The position numbers were made by a program, and so were the translations under genes. A stretch of 64,000 nucleotides of DNA from the human T2T-CHM13v2.0 reference genome, Homo sapiens. The stretch lies in the NCBI RefSeq assembly GCF_009914755.1, contig NC_060940.1, one strand, 5' to 3'. This document shows positions 9,959 to 24,941 of this stretch, piece after piece; positions within the stretch are counted from its first letter, which is position 1, and each line of letters opens with the position of its first letter. The notes beneath the pieces are model-generated. The model saw nothing but the letters and a program-made list of their open reading frames with translations, was not told where the DNA came from and ran no database searches.

Positions 9959-12299
9959 AAAACACTCCTTGTGATGGAGCTCTTTAATCCTCCTGGACCC
10001 TGAACGCTTTGGTGAACACAAGCGTACAAAACTAGGATAACCCAAATATTATTCTGAATTCTTTTTTTCAGTCGTTTAAGCAAAACAACTTTCATTTTTA
10101 AAGTTTATGTGATTTTTCCTTATAAATATCATCACATTCCACGATACATCTGTCCGATGTCGATTTCTGGACTTTCTTACGCAAATAACCATCCTGCCTT
10201 CCTCCTCCTTTTCCCTCCTAACTGATCATTAGATTTGCCTTGAAATTCCAGTATTAATTGCTTTATCTTGGAAATGAAAGGCAGGGTATTCTTTTCACAG
10301 AGAACTCTATAGTTTCATAATTTCCTACACTACTTGGACTAGTTTCGTGGAAAGGAAAGGAGTCAACTGTGGCCTAGCACATTAACATATGTTTTCTTTG
10401 CAGTCCTCTCAATAATTTGACAAGACGTGCAGAAGATTTTAAAAAGGCAACTTATATTAACAAATAAAAATTACAATTAAATTTACTGAGTATTACAATT
10501 CACCCATTTTAAGAGAGAAATTTTTTTAACTGAATCTGATTTTTCTTTATTACACATCATTAAAAAAAATGTGTCCTAGGACCCTAAAATCAGGCTTGCT
10601 ATTGTGTTACAGGCACACTTTACTTCATTTCGGGTGTGTGTGCATGTGTGTACCAAAGTATTTAAATTTTGTAAGTTAATTTCTCACTCAATAGAGTTGG
10701 AAAGATCTGGACATTATAAAGGCAAACTCATTTTCTGCTGGAATGAAATGAGAAAACGAAAATTTTAAAAATTCATTTTATTAGGTAAATTTAGTAGGGA
10801 CTCACTGGGAGCCTCTGAAATACACCAGCCCGCTTCTGCTTACTTTCTCCGTCTTTCAGAGTCTTAAAATGAAAATCAAAGTCACTCCCCCTCCCCTTCT
10901 TATCCGATGTTTGCATAGAAATTGTAGAGTTTCTTTTCCTAAAAGTGGAGAATGGTGCTGAGAGCCGAGGGGGTGAGTTCAGACAAGAAGCCCTGGAGAA
11001 AGGGAACTCCGCGCTGAAGGCAGGGAAGGCTGCGAGATGGAGGAAGGGGTCAGAGGCGCCGGGGAAGACCGGGGGGCACTCACAGTTCCCGAGTCCGCTT
11101 CTGTCTCCTGGTCCTGATTCCAAAAGGAAATGTGACTCTTTTGTGCAGAACCAGAAATGAACATCCAGGAAGTCGGCAAAATCACTAACTAAACAACCAA
11201 TGGAGGAAAAACAACATTAAAATTCCAAATTTGGGGTTTTTTTTCCATAATGGAACAGAAAATGAATTGAAGGGAGGGGAGGGGAAGAGGACAGTTTTCA
11301 GTATATTTTAATTTTTTCCTGTGACCTGAGCTGGGCCCCAGGTTAATCCAAGTTTGAATCTGGAATCTTTGCTCTCCTACATCTACATCCTATAAAGGGT
11401 CACTTGACTGCAATAAATTCAGGCTGATCGCAAACCCCAAACTTCGCTGTATGAACAGTCTAAGCTCCTGCCGACGATCTGAAATGAGTTTTCCTATGAA
11501 AATATACTTTAGAACTCAGCGACCCCCACCCTAACGAAGGCCTTCAATGACAGGAAATGTTTGCCATTTTAAGCACTTTTTATTTGCATTTGCTCTGAAG
11601 CTGAGGGAGTTAGAGGAGAAACGTACGTTTAATGCTGGTTGTGAAATTAAGATGGATGGAGGAAGTGTGGACGCATGTGTGTTTCAAGGACCCAGACCGG
11701 ACATCCTGGGTCCTGCAATTAGCCTCAGCAACAAGGGTAACTTTGCTCTGAATTCCCACAAAAGCAAGAAAGAGATTGCCTGTTGCAGTAGGGCCGTATT
11801 TTACATTCTCTTGTGTTGTTGATAAATTGGAAGAGAAATGCTTCCTCTTTTCAGCCGGTTAGACTTATGAAAAATGGCATCTTGCAGTGTTTGTGGGGTG
11901 GAGATGTGTTTGTGCGAGTGTTTTCTCTCTGGGATCAAAAGAGGAAAAAAGATTTTTTTTTCCCCAAAATCACCTAAATACTGGAGCTCCGAAACACGCA
12001 GCATGTGTATAAAATTGTCCTTCAGAAATCCATCTTGAATTTTTTTTTAAAGTCCTCTCTTTGATCAAAAGCCGGCAAAGAATTACATTTTTCTCCATTC
12101 TGTTGCATTTCACATGGACTAACACAGGGTGAGCCTAAACAAACACGCGGCCTGGCCATGAGTGCTTCTTTCAGTTCGAGTAGCTTGAGGTGGGCTGGAT
12201 GCATTTAGGGGGGTGAGGGGAGAGGATGACAGTTGGGGGGATTCGTTAGAAGGAGGGGAGGAAGGCTACAAACTTTAGGGGAAGCTAAGACAGAAATAA

Positions 12300-15250
12300 A
12301 CCCGTGATGAAAAAAAAACGTAAAACTGCCTCCCCGCACGGAGCCTGCACCGCGCAGCTTCACTGTTGAAATTCTTCTGCCCGAAAGATAAATGGCCTAC
12401 TTTATTCAAGAGTGTCAAGTAGGGAAAACAAAACAAAACAAAAGCCCTTCAAAGTATATTTTCAGAAGATAATCTACTAAGAGGAGTGTGCGGGGGAGAA
12501 GGGCCGGCTCCGGGTAGGACATTCTGAACAAGGACCCCTGAGAACCTAGAGCTTTAATGGAGACAACCAAGAAAAGCCAGGGCTGGGCTGAGGCTCTTCA
12601 AGGGACAGGAAACCGGCCGACTCCATCCAAGCCCCCATGGAAATGGCTGCTCAGGGCCCCCCACGTGCAGCGTCTAAGCCACCAACAACACAGGGCCTCC
12701 CTGGCACCCCGGACGGTGTGCGAAGCTGCGGTGCAGATCCCGGGCCGTGGGCATCTTGAGCCACCACTGAGAGTGACGCCCTTTGTGTGGCATCTTCTCC
12801 AGTTGGAGGAAGGAGATGCCAGCCGGGCCAGTGACTCAGAAGAGGTGCCCTGTCATCTCTGCAGCCAGCCGGCATCTCCACGCAGGCCTTAGCGTGTGAA
12901 GGTGAGGGGACCTTCACCTCTACCAAGGCAGAGAACAGTCCCCGTGACCCCAGAGACTGCCCTAGAATCCCCCTCGCCCACAAGTGCAAGGACCCCGTAG
13001 CAGAGGGGCAGTGATCCCTGCTATGCCCCCCACAGCCTGGGAGCCACCACCCTGCCTGTTCATGTCCTAGGGACCCAAAGAACTTCCCCCAAACCCAGCC
13101 AATTGTATGGACAGTCTTTTGCCTGGCGTGGGGGCCAAGTGGACAATACCACACGGAGGACGGTGCTGAAAATTTCAAAGGAGAACCGTCTGAGGCGGCT
13201 TTGGCATTTCTCCTTTTGCTGCATGCAGAATGCGCAGAGCCCTCCATGCTCAAGGCAGGCGCCAAGGGGGGCAAGGTAACGTTCCCTGGAGCCGCAGGCC
13301 TGGGGCGTGATTTATTAGCGGTGGCACAGGCCCGGGTGGAGTGCAAGGGAAGGCAAGGCGTTTTCTAGATGTTTAAGGTGGAGGAGAGGGACCAGGACAC
13401 TTGTTACAAACGCTGACAAGGCCAGCTGCCACGTGGACATTCGGGGACCCAATAACCTAGCGGCCGTCTCCCCCGCCCACCTCTCCGGGTCCTAGGCCAC
13501 TGCGCCAGTGAATACTCCCCGGGCTCTTGGCTGCTCACATTCTAGTTTTCAACCGTGTTGTGGCTGACACAACCCCACGCCTGGGGCTAGCAGGGAGCTG
13601 ACAGCTTGGTGAAGGTGAGAGAGCGAGAGAGAGGGTGTACCCGTGGGGGAAGAGAAAACAAGAATGTTCTAGAAGGGAGACAGAGCCCAGTTCCTTGACC
13701 CAGAAGGCAGGCGCCATACACTTTTCTCTTTCACTGGTCTTTCCCTAAAATGCCAAAAAAATAAACCAGGGACGACATAAATGTACGTGCAGAAAGAGTT
13801 TAGAGATTTCATGCGTGCGCACACCCGACTGCGTTTTATTTTTACTTTATTTATTTGAAACACCAGGTCGTGTCTTCCTCCTAGAGGCCCTTTTTCTGAC
13901 TGTGTTACCCCTGCTCCCACGGAGCTTCCCTCTTTAATGTAAACGAAGGCATTTCCCAGAGCCTTTTGCTGGAATGTTCTAAAATGCAGCATCGACACAT
14001 TTCTATTTCGTTTTATTGCAGACTTTATTTTACGGCTCTGAGTGTGTGGGGTGTGTGGAGCCCGGGCCAGGGAGGAGGGTCCGGCTGCGGAGGAGCTCCC
14101 TGACGGTGCTGTCGGCCTCAAATAAATCCCAAAAAGTGACGGTCGAGCTGGCGAGAGAATTTGGGAAACCAACAGACAAAATATACAGCACAGCCCGTGG
14201 GCCTCCCCTTTACGAGCCACGGAGAGCTTCGGGGCTGGAGGGCCGGGGCCTGCGAGGCCACTCATTAGCGCCTGATGAATTGGACATGGGGCCGATGGCC
14301 CTCCTGGGGCAGCCAAATGCTCGAAAACCAAGTTTTATTAACCTAATAAAATGAGAGGGAAAAAAGTCAGGAAAATTTCAGCTGGAAGAATAAATGCAGG
14401 AGAGCGCAGTCAGTGAACCGTCTTTGAGTATATTCAGAATTATATGGGAGGCCAGGAGCAGCTCCCAAGAAGACCCTGCGTGCGCCGCTAATGTCTGATT
14501 TGGGCAGATCAGCGAGCAAATGCGACAACAGCCCACAGGGATGTGTTACAAATTAGTGCTTTTTCATCTTATTTAACACCAAAGCCAGGGAATGCGAGAG
14601 GAAAGTGGCCAAGGCCTGTCTTCCCGGCAACTTGGAGCACAAAAGGGATCCTGCCCCAGCCGTCCGAGGTCGGGGAGGGGAATGTGTCAGCCCCCAGGAA
14701 TCTCATCCAGCGCCTGCCTTTCAGAAAGTGAAGGATCATGAATTAGAGCAAATAAATCAAGCGCACACAGGCATGAGAGGGTTTCTTTTATACACAAATA
14801 CCTTCTGGACCCTACACTTTGGAACCAACCAGGGCCTGTGAGCGTCTATTTTAGGACACTGGCTAGTGGGAGCTGCGGCCGCATAGCTCCCGGAGCCGTG
14901 AGTGGCCATGTCCCGCAGGCCACTGCTGTGTGGACATAAGAACCCGCTTTGTCCGCGGGACTTTACGAGGCCACCCGCTTACTCACCTTGGACCCCCAGA
15001 AAGCAAGAGAGCAATTTATGATCTCTGGATCCCCGGGCAAAGGCGGCTGGAGGCCTGTGTTTGCAGTGTCCCTGCACAGGAAGGGAGGACAGCCCAGTGC
15101 CAGACGCGTCGGTGAGAGCACGCGCAGGAGAGGGGCTCTGCCTTCAGTCTGGTTCCTGCGTAGGTGCCCGCCAGCCTCAGTGCTGGCACCGCTGCACGGT
15201 CACGGATGTGGCAATGCACCCACAGAATCAACAAGCCCCGGCACCCACAA
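12300..15250. promoter_or_regulatory. CpG-rich, weak CpG-island-like regulatory domain
   Basis: 17 CpGs counted in 14041-14340 (roughly 60% GC, estimated O/E about 0.6); NotI site 14875-14882; no recognisable transposon. Confidence 0.6.
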
Positions 15251-15594
15251 CCGCTGCCTCCTGAGTCCAGCAGAGAAAGGAAAGTCTAGCCCGACCCAAT
15301 GGGCCAGCACACACCTCCCCACAGGCCGTCCCTTCGTGTACATATGTACATATATGCACTCATATGTTCTATAGACGTCCCCATGTTGTCCTCTGCTCCC
15401 TTCCTGAGCCGTGTTCTATCCTCTGGGTGCAGTGCCTCTACCGCAGCCATGTTTCAGGTCCTTGCCGAGCACTGATGGGAATAAGTCGGTCCTCACTTGT
15501 GTATTCATCAGGCATCCAACTCCTGGGCTTTTTATGCAGCTCTGAAAGTTGGGACTGTTCCTTTTTTTTTTTAAGTTGCTTTAAAATGTCACCA

Positions 15595-15906
15595 CTACAG
15601 GGGATTTTTAGAGTGACAAAACTATTTGTATGATACTCTAGGGCTGGATATTTTTCTTTACATTTTCTTTACATTTGTCCAAACCCATAGAATATTCAAC
15701 ACCAAGAGTCAACCCTGATGCAGACTGTGGACTTTAGTTAATAATAATGTATCCATTTTGGCTTATGGGTTGTAACAAACATAACACGCCAATGCAAGAC
15801 GAGAATAATAGGGGCATGGGGAGGATTAGAGGGGAACTCTATTTCTGCTCAGTTTTTCTGTAAATGTGAAACTACTCTAAAAAATAAAGTCTAGTAATTT
15901 AAAAAA
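15595..15906 (+). mobile_element. L1MC-type 3' end
   Basis: ACATTTGTCCAAACCCATAGAAT, GGACTTTAGTTAATAATAATGTATC, TGTAACAAA, AAAAATAAAGTCTA plus A tail. Confidence 0.85.
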
Positions 15907-16547
15907 TTCACTGCTAAAATGATAGGATTTTTTTTCTTCGCCTGTTCTCTTCCAGTTTGGTATTTCCTGGGAAAAGACTTTCAGAAAGTAGCAACGTTCA
16001 AAACAAAACAAAAAACTCGCACCAATGCGCAGCTATTCCTGCCTCCCACCTGAGGCCACTCCGTGCAGGGTCCCATCTCGGAGGACATTTTCTGAGACTG
16101 ATCTCAGCAAAGACAGGGGTGTTTGGAGCGTCTGCTGCAGTGACGACAATGAAAGCCAAGTTGTTTAAACTGTATTCTCATTCATTTTTATTTGTTACGC
16201 TAATGTCCCATGGCGCTGAGTGCAGTGACAAGATCACTTTAAATAAACTGAAATTCTGCTTTCCTTTCGCAGTTGACGCGAACCAATTTACAGTCCAGTG
16301 TAAGCCTGTCAACTGGGATTAAAGGATAATACTACCCCGTCCTCGGAGGCCAGAGAGAAGGGTTGAGTCTGCCCACCCACGGTCTGCAAACCTGCCACAG
16401 GTTTACAGAGGAGGTCTCCTTTGGGAGGGGACTCCGGGGTGATGGTTTACCTGGGAGTTCCTGGCTCAACATGTGCCTCCCCGTCAGGCTTTGGCAGGAG
16501 ATGGTCCCCCCTGCCGGGTTTGGCAGGAGATGGGCCCTGTCCCTGGT

Positions 16548-16707
16548 TAGAGAGAGAGAGAGAGAAAGAGAGAGAGACAGAGAAGAGAGAGACAGAGATA
16601 GAGACAAAGAGAGACACAGAGACAGATATAAGAGGGATAGAGATAGGCAGAGATAGAGAAACAGAGGGAGGGAGAGAGAGACAGATAGAGATGGGGAGGG
16701 AGAGAGA
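16548..16707. repeat. GA-rich (GAGA/GACA/GATA) low-complexity polypurine tract
   Basis: Read directly. Confidence 0.92.
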
Positions 16708-17699
16708 CGGACACAGCAGTGCATATAAACCAGAAGCAGTGCCACCCTGGTGTCCTCCCTGGGGAGAGACATCTGCAGACACCATCATTCCACTGTGGAT
16801 GCGGGCATGGCCGCTGGGCTGACCCTGGGACCATGCTCCACACCAAGCGTCAGCCCAGCCCTCTTGCAGTTTCCTCCATTTCTGCAGCCAAGGGGATACC
16901 ACCGGGTGGTGGTGGGACAAACTCAGGCGCCCTCCTCCGGCTCCTCTAGGTGGAGGTTGGAGGACGGGGGTGGTCCCATGACTTCAGAAGCTGTGCACAC
17001 AGGGAGAGGCTGGGAGGATGTTGCTGTGGCCAGCGCCAGCCCTGCATGGCGCAACCCCTGTGCGATGGGATTCCTCTCTGCACTGGAACCCAGGCCAGTT
17101 GCAGCTTGGGGGAGCAGATCCTGGCCCCTCCACAATGGGGGGATGCATTTCCAGCCAGCTCCCATTTCACAGAAGGCCAAAAAAGGAGGGACACTGGGGA
17201 ACTCCTTGCACTGGGATTTGGAATCTCAGGCCCCTGTGAACAGGAGCCCGATTCCTGCCCTTCCGGGCTCAGAGAACTTCAGCCGTTTCTGAACCTCTGA
17301 TCCTTGCTTACTCCCCTCATGGGTAAAATTTCACCTACTTCCCAGGCTGTGAGGATTAGAGGTCATCAGTGCTATCTAGCATGAAATACACACTCAAAAT
17401 GTTAAAGGTGGGTGTTGTTCATATTCCGTGAGGCTGTTGACCATCTCTTGCGGGTGGGGGCGGTCAGGCACCAGAAGAGGCACAGTGAGAGTGCTGGAAA
17501 TGCCTGACACATTGGGATCCTCCCATTCACAGTCCTTCCTCGTTATTTTCTAGTCTGAGCCACAGATGTTTATATGGCACTTCTTAACTGGTGGTGGCAT
17601 TTAAAAATAAACTTCAGCTAGTTCTAACCATAAACAAGAAAAAATTGTCAGAGTTTATGTTTATATGGTGCTTCCAACCAGCCAGTCTAAGTACCTAGC

Positions 17700-18200
<501 letters not shown>

Positions 18201-18948
18201 CGTAAGCGGAGGTGACTTGAGGGGCCGCCTCTTGCTAAGGCTGGTTATGAAAACCCAAGAGCTAAGAAAAACACGTTCCACTCCATTCATTTCTTCACCA
18301 AAACTGTTTTAGGAAACAGGAATCAGAAAGGAAGCCTAAGGGGAAAACGCTGGATTCAGAGGAGACTTGACTGGAAAATAGGCTTGGCTGAGCCCACAGT
18401 CACGGGAGGGCTGTTTTCCTACCTGGACACCAGGATGCCGTCGGACGAAATATGCTGACTCAGGATCCCACTTGCCTTTCCAGATGTCACCTGGCAGCGG
18501 ATCTCTCCTGAGAGCCTGGAAAGACTCCAGGGGTTACAGCCCCTACCTATGGCCCTTCTATAGGAGAACGGACAGTTTCCAAAGTCACTGTGACAGGGAC
18601 TTGTGCAACATAAAATGAGGTTAAGCCCAGAGGCTTTAGAGCTAAAAACACCTGGTTTTGGTAGCTGAGTCCTTGCTTTTGAGCAGACTGTCTGAGCTAG
18701 AGGAGCCTTGGCATTTCCATTGGCAGAATGGGGACCCTCATATCGAATTCATGGGAGGCTTGTACGATAACACGCAAAAGCCTCGTCCAGTGTCAGGCAG
18801 AGAAGAGACACTCAATGAAGATGTCGGCCCCTGGTGAATGTTCTCGCAGCTCCTGCTACACTCTTCCAGACTGGGAACTCCATTAGATCAAGAAGCAACT
18901 CATCCCATTTTTTAAACTATTGAAAAAAAAAAAAAAAAAAAAAAAACA

Positions 18949-20720
<1,772 letters not shown>

Positions 20721-21549
20721 TCATAATATGATTAGGTAACTACCTTGATAATACATAGAGGAAATTTGGAAAAAACAAAGAAATATAAATAAGAGGAAAA
20801 TAAATACCTTTTTCTCCTGAATGACGCTCATTTTCCACATACCTGGTGACTACTGAAGCCCACCTTATCGTGTTAGAAGAGTTTCAGGCGACCTCCCAAC
20901 CTTGCTTGGGGCCAGCGTCCAGCCCTTCAGGAATACCCCACTCCTGCCTCGTCCCTCTGCTACTGCAAGGACCAGGAGTTTCAGGCATCAGCAGATGGCC
21001 CAAGAGGCCCTTTGGGGAGACAGCCCTGAGCCTGAAGCTAGTTTTAGCTTTGCCTGACTGCCTCCCACCATCAGGGATCCGCTCACCCTTCCCTTGCGTG
21101 GAACATGTGTGGTGCTTTACACACCTTCTTCTTTTCTTATTTTTTTTTTCATCTACAGACAGTGATGTAACTGGTGTATTTGTGCACAAAAGCAACCTAG
21201 CATTCCGGATGAGTACACAGGAGACAAACTCATTTAAACTGCACGCCCCAGCGACGTGCTGGGTCCGGACCCAGCGGGTGGGCCCCAGAGTCTCTTTGTT
21301 GTTCTGCTTTGTTTTCAGCAGCTCAGGTTATGATGATGAGACCCAGCCAGCTCTGGCAGACAGTGCGGATGTGTTGATGACCCGCCTCACTCACGGTGGG
21401 TCTCTTTCTGTCACGCTTCAGTGTCCCGGTTTCAGCCACCGGGCTAAAAATAACCACAGTAACAAACAAAAGCAAAATAACAACAACGAGAAAACTTAAA
21501 CAGCACTGAAAGGGAATTTACTAATGGAAAACCCAAAGCCCAGACAGAG

Positions 21550-21786
21550 ATGGCGAGACCTAAGGAGACCCCAATCCACATGGCTGCGAGACCTAAGGAG
21601 ACCCCAATCCACATGGCTGAGAGACCTAAGGAGACCCCAGTCCACATGGCTGTGAGACCTAAGGAGACCCCAGTCCACATGGCTGAGAGACCTAAGGAGA
21701 CCCCAATCCACATGGCTGTGAGACCTGAGGAGACCCCAGTCCACATGGCTGCTAGACCTAATGTGACCCCAGTCCACATGGCTGCG
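21550..21786. repeat. 33-bp minisatellite, ~7.2 copies
   Basis: Unit ATGGCTGNGAGACCTAAGGAGACCCCARTCCAC starting at 21550 (30 bp), 21580, 21613, 21646, 21679, 21712, 21745, partial at 21778. Confidence 0.95.
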
Positions 21787-22285
21787 GAGCAAGTCGGAAA
21801 GCACCCATCACTGGCTGAGCGTGGACACTGCCTCACGCGGCTGGGGCCAGTGGCCAGCGGTGACTAGTATTGTCATAGAAGGCCAGGGGACAAGCTCTGA
21901 CCCTCAGAGGGTGTGAGGAGACGGAAGGAGAATGCCGGGGCCTCGCCCCCAGCAGAAAGAAGGGGGCCCCACAATGACAAAATTACATTTTCTTCTTGCC
22001 TAACAAATCCTTTTCCTTCCTCCAAATTGTCAAATTAATGTGACCACTTCTCCATACCGCTACTTGGATTCTTCTCCTCTCTCTTTATAGGGATAAGTAT
22101 TTTTTGTCCCCCTCCCTGCCCCCATTTTAATATTTTTGTTGGTTGGTTTCTCTGCTACCCCTTCCTCCAGCCCCACTGGCGGAGGCTGAGCAGGGTTTAT
22201 CTGCTGTGAATTCTTCCACACTTTCCTATGGTCACCCCAACCCATCTATAGCTTGTGTTTTTCTTCTTTTCAAAACTACTCAATG

Positions 22286-22586
22286 GGCCAGGCAGGTAAC
22301 TCAAGCATGTAATCCCAGCACTTTGGGAGGCTGAGGCAGGAGGATGACTTGAGCTCAGGCGTTCAAGACCAGCCTGGGTGACAAAGCAAAACCCCATCTC
22401 TACAAAAAGAAAAATTTTAAAAATTAGCAGGGTGTGGTGGCACACACCTGTAGTCCCAGCTACTAAGGAGATTGAGGTGGGAGGATGGCTTGGGCCCAGG
22501 AGGTCGAGGCTGCAGTGAGTGAGATTGTGCCACTGCACTCCAGCCTGAGTGACAGAGCCAGACCCCAACTCAAAAATCAAAAAAAA
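22286..22586 (+). mobile_element. AluJ
   Basis: GGAGGATGGCTTGGGCCCAGGAGGTCGAGGCTGCAG (J-type right arm); heavily CpG-decayed. Confidence 0.92.
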
Positions 22587-24036
22587 CTCAACAACTTGCC
22601 ATTTTACTCAATTACACACGTGTGCAACGCCAACACATAAAGCGCTAACACGCTCACACTGCCAGCAGCATACTGCTCAGCATTGCGGCTAGTGAGCCAC
22701 CATCTGTCCTACCATTCCCCGTCACTCTAAAGACTGGCTGATGGCCGCTCTCGCCCCTGCTCATCAGGTGGTCAGTGCCTCCTCCAGTGTCATTACTCCC
22801 TGACGCTCTAAGTTAGATTCCTCCACATCAGACTGCAGGGTCAAATTTTACGCGTGTTTCAAATTTCCAAAACAATGGTCAGATTTTCCTCTCTCACAAA
22901 CTTACGGCAATTTAGGCAGCCACACGCAACTTACCAGCAGCTGCTTTCCCACACACACCCCCAGCCTTAGGTGTTATCGATCTTTTATTTTCCCCATCTG
23001 AATTCTCTCCAGATTCCTATCTCCGTCACATCTCAGCCGGAAGGAAACATCTATTTCCCCCTCCATTGGCACTGGCTCCAGTTCCCTTCCCAGCTGCGTG
23101 TGGAGGATCCTGGTGGCTGAATCGGGGCTGCAGGATAAGGCATGACGCCACCTGTGCAAGTGCTGGTTTGTCTGTTTCCCCACACACCTCATTCCTCAGA
23201 GGATTTGAAGTGGTTGCACTGATCTTCCTGGGTTCTCCTCGGAGGAGGCCCTTTCATCTGCCCCTGAATCCAAGCAGCAATCCATGACTTCACACTCCCC
23301 GCCCAAGGAGACGGGCCTGAGGGCCGGGAGGGCACTGAGTCCGGGAAATGAGTCATCTTCCCAGCCAGAGTACCCACCGTGCCCATGGTGCCTGTGCTCT
23401 GTGCAGGGCCTCTGCCCGCTGTCGGCCTGTAGTGACCCACTCAGGCCTCACAATGATCCCACGAGTAGCTGCTGCTGCTGCCCCTCATACAGAGGAGGCC
23501 ACTGAGTCACAGGTACATCACTTGCCCAAGGCCAGGAGCTGACAAGCTGGCCTGAGAGGATTCAAGCCAGGGAGACCGGCCCCAGAGGCCCTGTGCTTAG
23601 CTGCCTGCCAAGGCCCAGGAGCTCCCCCTAGAGGCTGGTGTGACCTAGCAAGACGCCCACAGCACCTGCTCCATTTGTCCTTGACCTAAACATGGCCTTT
23701 GTCACTTCCACCTGCAGTTGCAGGCAATGGGAATAAAAGGGGAAAATACACACACACACACATACAAACACACACATACACATGTATATACATACATGCA
23801 CACATGGGGGAATGGGAACACATGCAAGCATATGTAGAGGGGAGATAACTATACCAAAAGTCAGCATTTCCCAAACCAAATCTTCCCTCCCCAAGATATG
23901 AATGTTCCAGAAAATGTTATGCCTTACCCCAACTAAAATGTTCCACGGTTAATTACCTGGAGGAAGCAGAATTTGCCAAATGTAACTAACCAGCCATCTC
24001 CCGGGGCTTTGCAACAGGTCAGAGGCTCTGGGCACA

Positions 24037-24122
24037 CTGCTGTGGGGGGACACCCTGCTGTGGAGGGACACCCTGCTGTGGGGGGACACCCTGCTGTGGG
24101 GGGACACCCTGCTGTGGGGGGG
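24037..24122. repeat. 18-bp G-rich minisatellite, ~4.8 copies
   Basis: Unit CTGCTGTGGGGGGACACC at 24037, 24055, 24073, 24091, 24109. Confidence 0.95.
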
Positions 24123-24597
24123 AGCTGTTTCACTGCACTCAAGTCAGCACTTCCCAAACCCATTTGGTTTCCAGCTTTCTGCGAGTGTTCACGCATGCAT
24201 CTCTTTATTCAACAAGATGTCGTGTATCTGCGTCTGCTACACAGACCCATCTCCCACCCTCCTAGAACTCTGTCCAGTGGCAGAAAGAAATGTTAATAAA
24301 ATCACCAAGTGCAGGGAAAGTGATGACTGTAATACGTTTTAGGGTCAACCAAGTGAGCTGTGTTACAAAGCCTGAAAGTCACAGCCGACCTCATCTGAGA
24401 AGGTGAAGGAGACCTCCCTGCTGAGGAAGTGCAAAATTATGTTGAAGGGGCAAACTGAAGCAGGAGATGTTCATTATTCAAACCAGGAAGAGCTTTGGGA
24501 GTAGAGAGCCTCACAGGCGCCAAGGCGTCATGAGGGAGGGAATATGGCAGACTCAACAGAAAGAACCCAACAGAAAGCAATAGAAAGAACCCAACAG

Positions 24598-24941
<344 letters not shown>

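Noticed and set aside
7000-12300. Long 3'UTR of a protein-coding gene
   Set aside because: AT-rich and unique like a UTR, but no terminal coding exon is recognisable on either side; not fully excluded without mapping.
12651-14331. Long minus-strand ORFs (231 aa and 220 aa)
   Set aside because: Non-ATG starts, no recognisable domain, composition typical of GC-rich non-coding frames.
10773-14354. Shared 14-mer ACCTAATAAAATGA in inverted orientation (10773-86 and 14341-54)
   Set aside because: Several 14-mer matches are expected by chance in 64 kb, more so when AT-rich; no extension.
16738-16756. Second CTCF-like site (and a similar one near 52770)
   Set aside because: An extra base breaks the AG-RK-GGC spacing of the core.
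16332-16920. Overlapping 100-157 aa ORFs
   Set aside because: Products of the stop-poor GA/TC repeat (ER/SL dipeptide runs).
18923-18946. A24 tract as the tail of a processed pseudogene
   Set aside because: No upstream mRNA-like body or clear TSD; more simply an expanded A-rich Alu target site.
20846-21499. 217-aa + strand ORF
   Set aside because: GTG start, runs through pyrimidine tracts and an AAC repeat, no homology recognised.
21550-21786. CRISPR-like array
   Set aside because: Head-to-tail units with no unique spacers, in primate DNA with no cas genes.
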